Assembly (NCBI GenBank): GCA_043779265.1 | Contig: JAYWEM010000001.1 | Span: 19,717 to 83,716 of the forward strand | DNA length: 64,000 nucleotides | Source of the DNA: a bacterium | GTDB taxonomy: Bacteria; Eisenbacteria; RBG-16-71-46 | Reading direction: 5' to 3' | Shown here: positions 53,942 through 63,472 of the stretch, in pieces | Numbering within the stretch: the stretch's first letter is position 1 | How the letters are laid out: every line of letters begins with the position of its first letter | The notes under the pieces: model-generated | Told to the model about the DNA's origin: nothing | What the model saw: only the letters and a program-made list of their open reading frames with translations | The model's database searches: none | Program-made: the position numbers and the translations under genes

Positions 53942-56115
53942 GCTCGATCGGCCTGACAACGCCGCCGGCTGCGGTTCCACCGATGGGGGGAGGCGCCTCG
54001 ACGCGTCCCGCTCCCGGCAAGGGCACCTCCGGCCGAGGCGCCCCTCCGGGGGGCCGTCGGCCATCGCTGCGCTTGCCCGCTGCGGCTGAAACGCTCGTCG
54101 GACTGGGCGTCGTCACGATCGTCGCACTGCTCATCGTTCCGCTGCCGCCGTTCATCCTCGATGCGCTTCTGGCGCTGTCCTTCGCGCTGTCGATCGTCGT
54201 GCTGTTGGTCACACTGTCCTGCCGTGAGCCGCTCGAGTTCAGCATCTTCCCGACGCTGCTGCTGCTGCTCACACTGTTCCGACTCGGACTCAATGTCAGT
54301 AGTACGAGGCTGATCCTCGCGACCGGACAGGCCGGTGAGGTGATCCACGCCTTCGGTCAGTTCGTCGTCGGTGGCAACGTCGTCGTCGGCCTCGTCATCT
54401 TCCTGATCCTGGTGGTCATCAACTTCATGGTGATCACCAAGGGCGCCGGGCGCGTCGCTGAAGTCGCAGCGCGCTTCACGTTGGATGCCATGCCCGGTCG
54501 TCAGATGAGCATCGACGCGGACCTGTCCGCGGGGATCATCGACGAGCACGAGGCTCGCCGCCGCCGCGAGGAGATCAGCCGCTACGCCGACTTCTACGGA
54601 GCGATGGACGGCTCCGCGAAGTTCGTGCGCGGGGATGCGGTCGCGGGGCTTGTCATCACCGCCATCAATCTGGTGGGTGGCTTCGTGATCGGGATGACCC
54701 AGCAGGGGATGAGCGCCGAAGATGCGCTGACCACGTTCACCCTGCTCTCGGTGGGTGATGGACTCGTGACCCAGATCCCGGCGCTCATCGTGAGCACGGC
54801 CTCGGGTCTGCTGGTGACCTACGGTTCGGGCGGTGTGGCGCTCGGACCGACCCTCAACGCCCAGCTGGCACGCGATCCCCGAGTCATGTGGATGGCGTCG
54901 GCCATCCTGACCCTGTTCGCACTCGTGCCCGGGTTGCCGACCTTGCCGTTCCTGACGCTCGCCGCAGCGTGCGCCGGTCTCGCGATGTGGCTCTCGCGTC
55001 AGGCGGATGCCGCCGAGCAGGAGGAGGCCGATGCCGTCGAACCCATGCCCACGCCATCGTCGCAGCCCGCGCTCAGCGAGGTGCTCGCGGTCGAGCCACT
55101 CGAACTCGAAGTCGGCTACGGGCTCATTCCGCTCATCGATGAGGCGCAAGGGGGTGACCTGCTGCAGCGCATCGGGATCCTCCGCAAGCAGCTCGCCTTC
55201 GAGTTGGGCATCCTCGTCCCCGCGGTTCGCATCCGCGACAACATCCAGTTGAGCGCTCAGGAGTATCTGGTTCGCATCCGCGGCGTGAAGAGTTCGGGCG
55301 GCGAGATCATGCCGCGGCAGTTGTTCGCGCTCGATACCGGCGGTGCGAGCGGAACGCTCGAGGGTGTGCATACCAAGGACCCGAGTTTCGGGCTGCCCGC
55401 GACCTGGATCGCACCCGATCGTCGTGCCTCCGCCGAGGCGCTCGGGTGGAGCGTCGTCGAGCCACCGACCGTGCTCGCCACGCATCTGATGGAGACCATC
55501 CGCCAGCACGCGGCCGAGCTGCTGACTCGCCAGCATGTCCGCGAACTGGTCGATGCGCTCAAGGAGACCCACCCGGCACTCGTCGACGACACGGTGCCCG
55601 GGCGAGTGCCGCTCGCCACGCTGCATCGCGTGATGCAGCGACTGCTCAAGGAGGGGCTCCCGGTTCGCGATCTGGCGACGATCCTCGAAGCGCTCTCCGA
55701 TGCGTCGGAACTCACCAAGGATCCCGAGATGTTGACCGAGCACGCTCGGCGAGCGCTCGCACCCGTGCTCGCGCAGTTGCTCGGTGGCGGAGATCGCGCA
55801 GTGCGTGCGATCACGGTGGGTCCCCGCCTCGAGTTGATGCTCATGCAGGTGTTCAATCCGCGGCCGCGTCCGGATGGTCGGCCGATGGATCCCGAGGACC
55901 TGACCAGGGCGCTGCACTCGCTTCACCGCATCGCCGAGGACACGCGCACCGAAGGCCAGTACCTGCCGCTCATCACGCCACCGGCGCTGCGTGTCGGACT
56001 GCGGCGGCTCATCGAGCCCGTCCTGCCGCGGCTGCCGATCGTGTCGTTGAGCGAGCTCCCGACCCAGACACCCATCCAGTCCATCCGAACCTGGGAGATG
56101 ACCCATGCCGCTTGA
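53938..56115 (+). CDS. flhA: Export apparatus protein FlhA
   Basis: 'FPTLLL..TLFRLGLNVSSTRLIL', 'RVAEVAARFTLDAMPG', 'FYGAMDG', 'GDGLVTQIPAL'. Confidence 0.96.
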   Translation: MSSIGLTTPPAAVPPMGGGASTRPAPGKGTSGRGAPPGGRRPSLRLPAAAETLVGLGVVTIVALLIVPLPPFILDALLALSFALSIVVLLVTLSCREPLEFSIFPTLLLLLTLFRLGLNVSSTRLILATGQAGEVIHAFGQFVVGGNVVVGLVIFLILVVINFMVITKGAGRVAEVAARFTLDAMPGRQMSIDADLSAGIIDEHEARRRREEISRYADFYGAMDGSAKFVRGDAVAGLVITAINLVGGFVIGMTQQGMSAEDALTTFTLLSVGDGLVTQIPALIVSTASGLLVTYGSGGVALGPTLNAQLARDPRVMWMASAILTLFALVPGLPTLPFLTLAAACAGLAMWLSRQADAAEQEEADAVEPMPTPSSQPALSEVLAVEPLELEVGYGLIPLIDEAQGGDLLQRIGILRKQLAFELGILVPAVRIRDNIQLSAQEYLVRIRGVKSSGGEIMPRQLFALDTGGASGTLEGVHTKDPSFGLPATWIAPDRRASAEALGWSVVEPPTVLATHLMETIRQHAAELLTRQHVRELVDALKETHPALVDDTVPGRVPLATLHRVMQRLLKEGLPVRDLATILEALSDASELTKDPEMLTEHARRALAPVLAQLLGGGDRAVRAITVGPRLELMLMQVFNPRPRPDGRPMDPEDLTRALHSLHRIAEDTRTEGQYLPLITPPALRVGLRRLIEPVLPRLPIVSLSELPTQTPIQSIRTWEMTHAA

Positions 56116-57118
56116 GATCCTGACAGGGAAGGACGTGCCCACGCTGCTCGCTCGCGCACAGCGCGCGCTGGGCGAGGACGCTGTCGTGCTCGCCGTGCGG
56201 AGGATCCGCGAGGACGGGCGACCGGGGTTCGAGATGACCGTCGCGGATGCGCGCACGGCCCAGCAGCAGAAGCGACTCGCCTACGCCTCGCAGCGAGGCG
56301 CCGATGCCGTCCTCGCCGCGGATCGGCCGGCTCCCTCGATGTGGACGATCGAGTCCGCGGCGCCGTCGCCGGCGCGGGCGATCGCGAGCCCGAGGTCGTA
56401 CTTCGAGCCAGCGGTGGCGAGCTACTCGCCGCCGCCGCCTCGGCCGGTTGCCGAGCCGCGCCCTTCGCGTGGATTCGCGCTGCCGCGCTGGCCCGGAAGC
56501 GGGTCGAAGGAGCGCACACCCAAGCGCCGCCCGCGCGTCATCGCGCTGGTCGGGCCGACCGGCGCGGGCAAGACGACCACGTGTCCCAAACTCGTGCACA
56601 GCACGGTGGGGTTCGCAGGCCAGAAGGTGGGGTTCCTGAACCTGGACACGTTCCGAGTGGGCGCTGTCGAGCAGTCGAAGCACTGGGCGGAGTTGGCGCG
56701 TGTGCCGATCGAGACCGTCTGGGACAGACCCGAGATCCAGCGCGCGATGAACCGGCTCCGGGATCGGGACGTCATCCTGGTGGACACGCCCGGGCGTGGA
56801 CCTCGTGCCACCGCCGACCTGGGCGAGGTGCATGCGCGCCTGCTCGAACTGGCGACCGATGAGGTGCATCTCGTCCTGCCCGCCGGGCTCCAGACTCAGG
56901 TCGTGCGGCGCGTCCTCACGACGTACCTGCCGCTCGGTGTCACGCATCTCCTTCCGACCAAGCTCGATGAGTTCCCCGAGGAGCGCGCGATCTTCGAGGC
57001 CGCGGCACAGTTCGGATTGCCGATGCGCTGGCTGACCGATGGGCAGGAGGTTCCCGCGGACCTCCATGCCGCGCCGATGAGCGGTGCTGCCGCGGCACTG
57101 CAGGGAGGCTTCGCATGA
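56105..57118 (+). CDS. flhF: SRP-family GTPase FlhF
   Basis: 'GPTGAGKTTT', 'DTFRVGAVEQ', 'DTPGR', 'TKLDE', 'GQEVPADL'. Confidence 0.9.
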   Translation: MPLEILTGKDVPTLLARAQRALGEDAVVLAVRRIREDGRPGFEMTVADARTAQQQKRLAYASQRGADAVLAADRPAPSMWTIESAAPSPARAIASPRSYFEPAVASYSPPPPRPVAEPRPSRGFALPRWPGSGSKERTPKRRPRVIALVGPTGAGKTTTCPKLVHSTVGFAGQKVGFLNLDTFRVGAVEQSKHWAELARVPIETVWDRPEIQRAMNRLRDRDVILVDTPGRGPRATADLGEVHARLLELATDEVHLVLPAGLQTQVVRRVLTTYLPLGVTHLLPTKLDEFPEERAIFEAAAQFGLPMRWLTDGQEVPADLHAAPMSGAAAALQGGFA

Positions 57119-57951
57119 ACGACCAGGGAGCAGACCTCCGCATGCGCCGAGAGAGCGTGGCGCGGGAACTGCCGGAGGGGACCTCGGCCTGTGTCGTCGG
57201 CAGCGGCAAGGGCGGTGTCGGCAAGTCGCTGTTGGCGGGCTTGCTGGCGGCGGCGCTCGCGAGGCGAGGCCAGCGCACGCTACTGGTGGATGGCGCACAG
57301 AATCAGGGGAATCAGCACGTCCTGTTCGGCGTGCGGCCGGTCGCCCCGCTCGAGTCACTCATCCTGGGCGAGCGAACGGCGAGGGAACTCGTGGTGCCGG
57401 TGGCACCGGACCTCGACCTCATGCCCGCGGACTCGGGAGCGGAGATGCTCTACGGACTGGGCCCGATCGACCGCGCGCGGCTGCATCAGCGTGTCAGCGG
57501 TCTGTGGGACGACTACGACCAGGTCGTGGTCGATGGCGGGCCGGGACTCGAGAGCGTCGTGCGCGCCGCCGCGATCCGTGCGGATCGCCTCGTCGTGCTC
57601 ACGACGCCCGACCCGACGGCGCTCAGCGATGCCTACGCGCTCCTCAAGATCGTGCATCTGCAAGTGCCCTCGATCCAGATCGGGGTGATGGTCAATCGGG
57701 TGTCGGCCGATGAAGAGGGACAGTTGGTGTTCGACCGGCTGCAGCTGGCCGCGACCCGGTTCCTCGGGCGCGACCTCGACGATCTGGGATGTGTTCCGGA
57801 GAGCGAAATGCTGCGGTCAGCCGCCCGGCGGCCCGGTTCCATGCTCGAGATCGAGAGCGCGGGAATCGAGACGTGGGCCGAGCGGCTCATGCCCACCGAG
57901 GTGGGCATGTCCGGTCTCGAGGGGGATCCGACGAGGGGACTGCCGGCATGA
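57115..57951 (+). CDS. flhG: MinD-like ATPase FlhG/FleN
   Basis: 'SGKGGVGKS', 'TTPDPTALSDAYALLK', 'VMVNR'; follows flhF. Confidence 0.9.
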   Translation: MNDQGADLRMRRESVARELPEGTSACVVGSGKGGVGKSLLAGLLAAALARRGQRTLLVDGAQNQGNQHVLFGVRPVAPLESLILGERTARELVVPVAPDLDLMPADSGAEMLYGLGPIDRARLHQRVSGLWDDYDQVVVDGGPGLESVVRAAAIRADRLVVLTTPDPTALSDAYALLKIVHLQVPSIQIGVMVNRVSADEEGQLVFDRLQLAATRFLGRDLDDLGCVPESEMLRSAARRPGSMLEIESAGIETWAERLMPTEVGMSGLEGDPTRGLPA

Positions 57952-58730
57952 CCGACCTGATCGATGCGCTCTGGAAGCGTTATCGGGGGAAAGGCGACGC
58001 GAAAGCGCGCACCGAACTTCTCGATCGCTACCTCGGACTCGTCCACCACAGTGCCCATCAGCTCATCCGCAAGGTTTCGCGTGAGATCGAGTTGGATGAC
58101 ATGGTCGGTGCGGGCAGCCTGGGCTTGGTCCAGGCACTCGAGGGCTTCGACCCTTCGCGCGGACTCGCATTCAGCACGTATGCGATGCCGCGCATCCGAG
58201 GAGCGATGCTCGATGAACTGCGCGCGCGCGACTGGATGCCGCGCTCGATCCGTTCGCGCAGTCGCCTGCTTGGCCAAGTGCGAGCCGATCTCCAGCAGTC
58301 ACTGGGACGTCAGCCCTCCTCCGAGGAACTGGCTCACGCCCTGAAGATCGACATGCCGACGTTCTGGAAGTGGCAGGGGGAAGTCGACACTCGCTACATG
58401 CTGCCTCTCGATCAGCCGACGAGCGGTGACGACGGTGAGATGCGGCTCTCCGAGAGCATCGCCGATCTGCTCGCCTGCGATCCCAGTGACGGGATCGAGG
58501 AGGAGGAGCGTCTGCAATCGTTGCGTGACGGATTCCAGCAGCTCTCCGCGCGCGACCGACTCGTGCTGACGCTCTACTACTTCGAGGAACTGAATCTACG
58601 CCAGATCGGTGAGGTGCTGCATGTCTCGGAATCGCGCATCTCGCAGATCCGCACGCGCGCACTGAAGCGTCTCCGCATGGTCGTCGTCGATGGCGTCGCT
58701 CTGCCGATCGAGGCTGAGGACGCGGCGTGA
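57948..58730 (+). CDS. fliA: RNA polymerase sigma-28 factor FliA/WhiG
   Basis: 'FDPSRGLAFSTYAMPRIRGAMLDELRARDW', 'LYYFEELNLRQIGEVLHVSESRISQI'. Confidence 0.95.
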   Translation: MTDLIDALWKRYRGKGDAKARTELLDRYLGLVHHSAHQLIRKVSREIELDDMVGAGSLGLVQALEGFDPSRGLAFSTYAMPRIRGAMLDELRARDWMPRSIRSRSRLLGQVRADLQQSLGRQPSSEELAHALKIDMPTFWKWQGEVDTRYMLPLDQPTSGDDGEMRLSESIADLLACDPSDGIEEEERLQSLRDGFQQLSARDRLVLTLYYFEELNLRQIGEVLHVSESRISQIRTRALKRLRMVVVDGVALPIEAEDAA

Positions 58731-59092
58731 GGCGTTCGACGTTGCTCGCGGTCTCGATCACGGCACTGGTGCTCATCGTGGCGGGACAGTGGCCTGCGAT
58801 CGTCGGTGACACCGGGATCCGGGGCGTCCGGCACATCGTGTCCAACGTGCTCGCCTGGCGGCCCCCGCCGCGGATCGCCGCGCCCAGGCCCGAAGCCGCG
58901 GCCGAGCATCGTTCCGGACCGACGGGGCTCGCCCCCGAAGCGCTCGCGGCACTCGGCGTGGGCGGTGGAGTGGCGGTGTGCTTCGCGCTATGGGCGGGGC
59001 TCTCCTGGACGCTGCGTCCTCGCCCCAGTCGGCGCCGTCAGCCGCTCGATGCCGAGCGCTGGCTCGCGCGGGATGCTCGCGCGGCGCACTGA
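58727..59092 (+). CDS. Hypothetical membrane protein (2 hydrophobic segments)
   Basis: GTGA overlap with fliA; two TM-like stretches; family not recognised. Confidence 0.55.
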   Translation: MRRSTLLAVSITALVLIVAGQWPAIVGDTGIRGVRHIVSNVLAWRPPPRIAAPRPEAAAEHRSGPTGLAPEALAALGVGGGVAVCFALWAGLSWTLRPRPSRRRQPLDAERWLARDARAAH

Positions 59093-59099
59093 GCCGAAG

Positions 59100-59114
59100 C
59101 GGCAGCTCCTGCCG
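59100..59114. promoter_or_regulatory. Putative activator enhancer site upstream of flgF
   Basis: CGGCAGCTCCTGCCG dyad, about 100 bp upstream of the -24 box. Confidence 0.6.
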
Positions 59115-59212
59115 CTTCAAGCGGTCGGGAGTTCCGTTCCGAGCCTCCACGCACTTCGAGGCGAAGCCTCCAGAACCCCGCCACCGTGTGAGTTACGACT
59201 CCATCGCCTCGG

Positions 59213-59228
59213 CGGCACATGCCTTGCA
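59213..59228 (+). promoter_or_regulatory. Sigma-54 promoter of the flgF operon
   Basis: CGGCACATGCCTTGCA (GG-N10-GC). Confidence 0.78.
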
Positions 59229-59281
59229 ATGCACTCCCGGGAGCGCGGACTCCGCCGCGCGTGACGTCTCTGGAGGCCCGC

Positions 59282-59977
59282 ATGTCGCTCGAAGGCATCA
59301 CCAACACCGCGCGCGCGATGACGTATCAGGTGCGCCGTCAGGAAGTGACGGCGAACAACCTCGCCAATGCGAACTCCGATGCCTTCAAGGCGGACCGGCT
59401 ATTCGCGCGGGCGCTCGCGGGCGAGGCGTTCCCGGTCGCGGTGCAGCAGACCGACCTGCAGCAGGGGACGTTCCGCGAGACGGGTCGACCGCTCGATCTG
59501 GCGCTCTCCGGGAACGGTTTCCTGATGATCGCGACCGAAGCCGGCGAGCGACTGACGCGTGGCGGCTCGTTCCAGATCGATCCTCAAGGGCGACTGGTCG
59601 ATGGTCATGGCGATGCCGTGCTCGGTATCGGCGGTCCGATCCACGTTGAAGGCGGAACCCTCGAGGTTCAGGGCGATGGCAGTGTCCTCGTCGATGGAGC
59701 GGTCGCGGGACGCCTCCGCGTCGTCGAGATGAGTGATCTCGCTCAGCTGCAGAAGGAGGGGCTCGGACGCTACGTGTCGCGAGCACCGCTCATCGCGGCA
59801 GACGACACACGCACTCACGTCCGGCAGGGAGCCGTTGAGGAATCCAATGTCGATCCGCTGTTGACCATGGTGGACATGATCACCATCCAGCGCGCGTATG
59901 CGGCCAACGTGGATGCGCTCAAGGCGATGGACGCCGTGCTCGGTTCCATCACGAACGAGGTCGGTCGCGTTCACTGA
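59282..59977 (+). CDS. flgF: Basal-body rod protein FlgF
   Basis: 'ANNLANAN', 'TGRPLDLALSGNGF', 'TRGGSF', 'EESNVDP'; precedes flgG. Confidence 0.9.
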   Translation: MSLEGITNTARAMTYQVRRQEVTANNLANANSDAFKADRLFARALAGEAFPVAVQQTDLQQGTFRETGRPLDLALSGNGFLMIATEAGERLTRGGSFQIDPQGRLVDGHGDAVLGIGGPIHVEGGTLEVQGDGSVLVDGAVAGRLRVVEMSDLAQLQKEGLGRYVSRAPLIAADDTRTHVRQGAVEESNVDPLLTMVDMITIQRAYAANVDALKAMDAVLGSITNEVGRVH

Positions 59978-60003
59978 CGCGACGGACCCATGAGAGGGGA
60001 CGC

Positions 60004-60792
60004 ATGAACTCGAGCCTCAGAACCTCAGCGAGCGGGATGATGGCGCAGCAGCGCATGATCGACGTCATCGCCAACAACCTCGCCAACGTCAACACCACCG
60101 CCTTCAAGCGCAGTCGCGTCAGCTTCGAGGACGTCCTCTACGAGACGATCGAGGGCTCGCGCATCGTCAACTACAAGGGTGCCGGAACCGTGGCGCCGAT
60201 CCAGGTCGGCAAGGGTGTGCGGGTCTCGGCCATCGTGCGCATGCACGGGCAGGGCCCTGCCGAGCCGACGCAGCGACCGCTCGATCTCGCCATCGAAGGT
60301 GACGGCTACTTCCAGGTGCAGCGCCCCGACGGCTCGACTGGCTACACGCGTGACGGTGGCCTCACGGTGAGTGACCAGGGGCAGTTGGTGACGGAGGGCG
60401 GTTACCTGTTCATGCCCCCGATCACGATCCCCCCGGACGCCACGTCGATCTCCATCTCACCGAATGGCACGGTCAGCGTCGTGAGTGGGACCAACGCGAC
60501 CGACGTCGAGATCGGACGCATCGAGATGGCCCGCTTCCTCAATCCCCACGGCCTGCTCGCGGTGGGTGAGAACCAGTATGTGCAGACGCCGGCTTCGGGC
60601 GAGCCGCTCAACGGCTTCCCACAGGAGGACGGTTTCGGCCGCCTACTGCAGGGCATGCTCGAAGCTTCCAACGTCGAGATCGTCCAGGAGATGACCGACA
60701 TGATCGCAGCGCAGCGCGCCTACGAGATCAACGCGAAGGCTGTTCGTGCAGGTGAGGAGATGATGCAGGCGACCAGTGACATCATTCGCTAG
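60004..60792 (+). CDS. flgG: Distal rod protein FlgG
   Basis: 'ASGMMAQQ..IDVIANNLANVNT', 'LEASNVEIVQEMTDMIAAQRAYEIN'. Confidence 0.95.
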   Translation: MNSSLRTSASGMMAQQRMIDVIANNLANVNTTAFKRSRVSFEDVLYETIEGSRIVNYKGAGTVAPIQVGKGVRVSAIVRMHGQGPAEPTQRPLDLAIEGDGYFQVQRPDGSTGYTRDGGLTVSDQGQLVTEGGYLFMPPITIPPDATSISISPNGTVSVVSGTNATDVEIGRIEMARFLNPHGLLAVGENQYVQTPASGEPLNGFPQEDGFGRLLQGMLEASNVEIVQEMTDMIAAQRAYEINAKAVRAGEEMMQATSDIIR

Positions 60793-61468
60793 TTGGCTCC
60801 TGATGGGGCTCTCGCCCATGCTGCTCGCCACGCGGGTCGAGCAGGAGATCGTGCCCCGCGTGCTCTCCGGCCGGGTCGCCGATCGCATCGCCTCGGCGTG
60901 GAGCGTCCCCGGTTCCTCCATCCGTCTGGAGTGGGGCCATCACTCGGCCTCGGTTCCGCTCTCACCGCAGGCGCCGTTCCAGTTGCTCGGCAAGGGCACC
61001 GGCGGTTGGTTCGTCGTCGTCTTCGACCCGACGACCGCCGAGGCCTCCGCTGTTCGTGTGCGTGCGGGGGTCGAGCAGCCGGTGGCGGTGGCATCGCGAA
61101 CGCTGGCCTCGGGCGAGTCCCTCGTCGCCGGTGATCTGAAGGAAGAGGTCCGTCTGCACTGGGGCGCGCCGACTCGGTCGAATGAGGCGACGGTTCCCGG
61201 TCCCAGCTGGCAGATGCGCCGTGGCGTCGCAGCGGGCGAAGTCGTCAGTTCGCTCGCCGCCGCGCCGCCGCCCGATGTGCTGCCGGGCGAGAGTGTTCGA
61301 TTCGAGTGGCGCACCGGCGACGTCGAAGTGTCAGTCGTCGGCATCGCGCTGCATGCGGCAAGGCGTGGCGAGCGGTTGCGCGCACGCCTCGAGGAGCGGC
61401 CGACTCGGCTCGAAGGCACGGTGACCGCGCCCGGTCGCGCCACGCTCGAATCCGGGGCAGCGCGATGA
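60776..61468 (+). CDS. flgA: P-ring formation chaperone FlgA
   Basis: SAF-like 'VAVASRTLASGESL', C-terminal 'V..GESV...GIAL..A..GE'; between flgG and flgH. Start uncertain. Confidence 0.8.
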   Translation: MTSFASWLLMGLSPMLLATRVEQEIVPRVLSGRVADRIASAWSVPGSSIRLEWGHHSASVPLSPQAPFQLLGKGTGGWFVVVFDPTTAEASAVRVRAGVEQPVAVASRTLASGESLVAGDLKEEVRLHWGAPTRSNEATVPGPSWQMRRGVAAGEVVSSLAAAPPPDVLPGESVRFEWRTGDVEVSVVGIALHAARRGERLRARLEERPTRLEGTVTAPGRATLESGAAR

Positions 61469-62118
61469 AGCGACTGCTCGGGTGGCTCCTGCTCGCCCTC
61501 ATCGCGATGCCTTCGCCGGCACTGGCCCAGAGCGCTGCGGACAGTGCCACGATCGCCGCCCCGGACAGCGTCGTCGCGGGTAGCGCCGCGCCCGCGGCCG
61601 TGGTGAGGCCGCGTGCGCGGCGCGCGGATTGGACGAGTGACCGCGTCTCACTGCGTGTCGGCGATGTGCTCACCGTGGTCGTCGATGAACAGACGGCGGC
61701 GCGTGAGCGGGTCTCCACCATCGCCTCCGGACATCGCTCGCAACGTGCCGACTTGAACGCCGGCATCGGCGAGGACTCGCGCGTCGGACCCAACAAGTCG
61801 TTCGGTGCCGGCATGCGGAGCGACTCACGGGACGTCGGTGAGGCGAGCCGTCTCGGCGACCTGACAGCCGTTCTCTCGGTGCGGGTCATCGAGATCGAGC
61901 CCAACGGGCTGATCAAGATCGCCGGTGGCAAGAAGGTCACGGTGGATGGACGCCTCCAGGAAGTGCTGCTGGCCGGCTCCGTCCGCCCGCAGGACATCTC
62001 CTCGCGCAATACGGTCCCCTCGGGGGACATCGTCGATGCCGTGATCACCTACAAGGGGAAGAAGCTCGCCCCGAGAACAGGGATCCTCGGCTCCATCCTG
62101 GGGATCCTCTGGCCATGA
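61465..62118 (+). CDS. flgH: L-ring protein FlgH
   Basis: 'VGDVLTVVVDE', 'SVRVIEIEPNG', 'GSVRPQDISSRNTV', 'AVITYKG'. Confidence 0.9.
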   Translation: MKRLLGWLLLALIAMPSPALAQSAADSATIAAPDSVVAGSAAPAAVVRPRARRADWTSDRVSLRVGDVLTVVVDEQTAARERVSTIASGHRSQRADLNAGIGEDSRVGPNKSFGAGMRSDSRDVGEASRLGDLTAVLSVRVIEIEPNGLIKIAGGKKVTVDGRLQEVLLAGSVRPQDISSRNTVPSGDIVDAVITYKGKKLAPRTGILGSILGILWP

Positions 62119-63158
62119 TCCGTCCGCGCATCGTTCTACTCGCTCTGCTCGTCAGCGTGCTGATTCCCGAGGTCCCGCTCGCTCAGCCACGGATCGCCGA
62201 TCTCACGCGTCACAGCGGCGCCGTGCCGCGCCGCCTCGTCGGCTATGGACTCGTCACGGGACTCGATGGAACCGGAGATCGCAGCTTCGGCGTCACCGGA
62301 GGCGGTTCGCCATCAGTTCGATCGGTGGTCAATCTGTTGCGTCGCTTCGATATCGAAGTGCCGGCCGAGCAACTGAGGCTGCGCAATGTCGCGGCCGTGC
62401 TGGTGACCGCCGAGCTCTCGCCCTGGATGCGCGCAAGTGGCCGCTTCGATGTGCAGGTCGCGGCGCTCAGCGACGCGATGTCGCTGCGAGGCGGAGTGCT
62501 GTGGATGACGCCGCTCGTCGAGGAGGTCGGAGGCGATCCGGTCGCCACGGCTCAGGGGGCGCTGTTCCTGCCGGATGACGGCGGGCGCGCATTCTCACGC
62601 CGCGGCAACTCGGGACGCATCCCCGATGGCGGGGTGCTCGAAGTCGACCCCGAGTCCATGCCCGCGGCGCCGAGGCTGCTCGTGCTGCGCGATCCCGATC
62701 TCACGACGGCGACCCGGATCGCCCAGGCGATCGAATCCGCGTTCGGAGCGGGCCGGGCCCGCGTCGTGGACCCGGGCGCGGTGTCGATCGAGTCCGCCGG
62801 CCGATCCCCGGGAGAGGCGCTGCAGTTCCTGGCGGGAGTGGACACGCTGCGCGTCGTCGCCTCCTCGCCGCCGCGCATCGTCATCGATGCCCGAGAGGGC
62901 ACGGTGGTGGCGGGCGGCGAGCTCACGATCGGACCTGCGGTCATCCACCATCAGGGCCTGACGCTCCAGATCGGCGGCGAGGCCGCGCCGACGTCAGGTG
63001 GTCGCACCGAGGGACTCCTCCGAGTCGAACCCAGCGCGAGCGTCCAGACAGTTGCAGCGGGTCTGCATGCCGCGGGGCTCCGTCCACAGGACATGGCTCC
63101 CATCTTCGAGGCGTTGCGCGCCGCCGGCGCACTGCGCGCGGACGTGGTGGTGCGATGA
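62115..63158 (+). CDS. flgI: P-ring protein FlgI
   Basis: 'LVGYGLVTGLDGTGD', 'NVAAVLVTAEL', 'SLRGGVL', 'GTVVAG', 'AAGALRA'. Confidence 0.94.
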   Translation: MIRPRIVLLALLVSVLIPEVPLAQPRIADLTRHSGAVPRRLVGYGLVTGLDGTGDRSFGVTGGGSPSVRSVVNLLRRFDIEVPAEQLRLRNVAAVLVTAELSPWMRASGRFDVQVAALSDAMSLRGGVLWMTPLVEEVGGDPVATAQGALFLPDDGGRAFSRRGNSGRIPDGGVLEVDPESMPAAPRLLVLRDPDLTTATRIAQAIESAFGAGRARVVDPGAVSIESAGRSPGEALQFLAGVDTLRVVASSPPRIVIDAREGTVVAGGELTIGPAVIHHQGLTLQIGGEAAPTSGGRTEGLLRVEPSASVQTVAAGLHAAGLRPQDMAPIFEALRAAGALRADVVVR

Positions 63159-63472
63159 CTCGGATCGATGGAACGTCAGTCGGCCGCTCGGCCGCGAACG
63201 TGAGCCCGCACGCCCGCATGCGTGCCGCCGCTCGTCAGCTCGAGGGCGTCTTCGTGGGCCAGTTGCTCAAGTCGATGCGAGAGAGCGGCGCGACGGGAGG
63301 CCTCACCGGCTCCACGCCGGGTGAGCGTGTCTTCACCGAACTGTTCGATGAGCGCATGGCCCAAGAGGCCGCGCGTCGTTCCCAGGGCGGGATCGGCGAG
63401 GCGATCTACCGGCAGATGGCGCGACGACTCCCACCGGAGACCACGGTCTCCACCGATCCGGAGATCCGATGA
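63155..63472 (+). CDS. flgJ: FlgJ rod-binding domain only
   Basis: 'AARQLEGVFVGQLLKSMR', 'FTELFDE', 'GIGEAIYRQM'; no muramidase domain. Confidence 0.88.
   Translation: MTRIDGTSVGRSAANVSPHARMRAAARQLEGVFVGQLLKSMRESGATGGLTGSTPGERVFTELFDERMAQEAARRSQGGIGEAIYRQMARRLPPETTVSTDPEIR

Noticed and set aside
38649..56115. Injectisome (non-flagellar T3SS) interpretation
   Set aside because: Rod, hook, ring, switch and flagellin genes show the system is flagellar.
51713..56256. Two roughly 783-aa minus-strand ORFs
   Set aside because: Antisense to fliQ/fliR/flhB/flhA, which are unambiguous.
59117..59145. TCAAG...TCCGAG upstream of flgF
   Set aside because: The spacer is 16 nt, and a good sigma-54 promoter explains this region.
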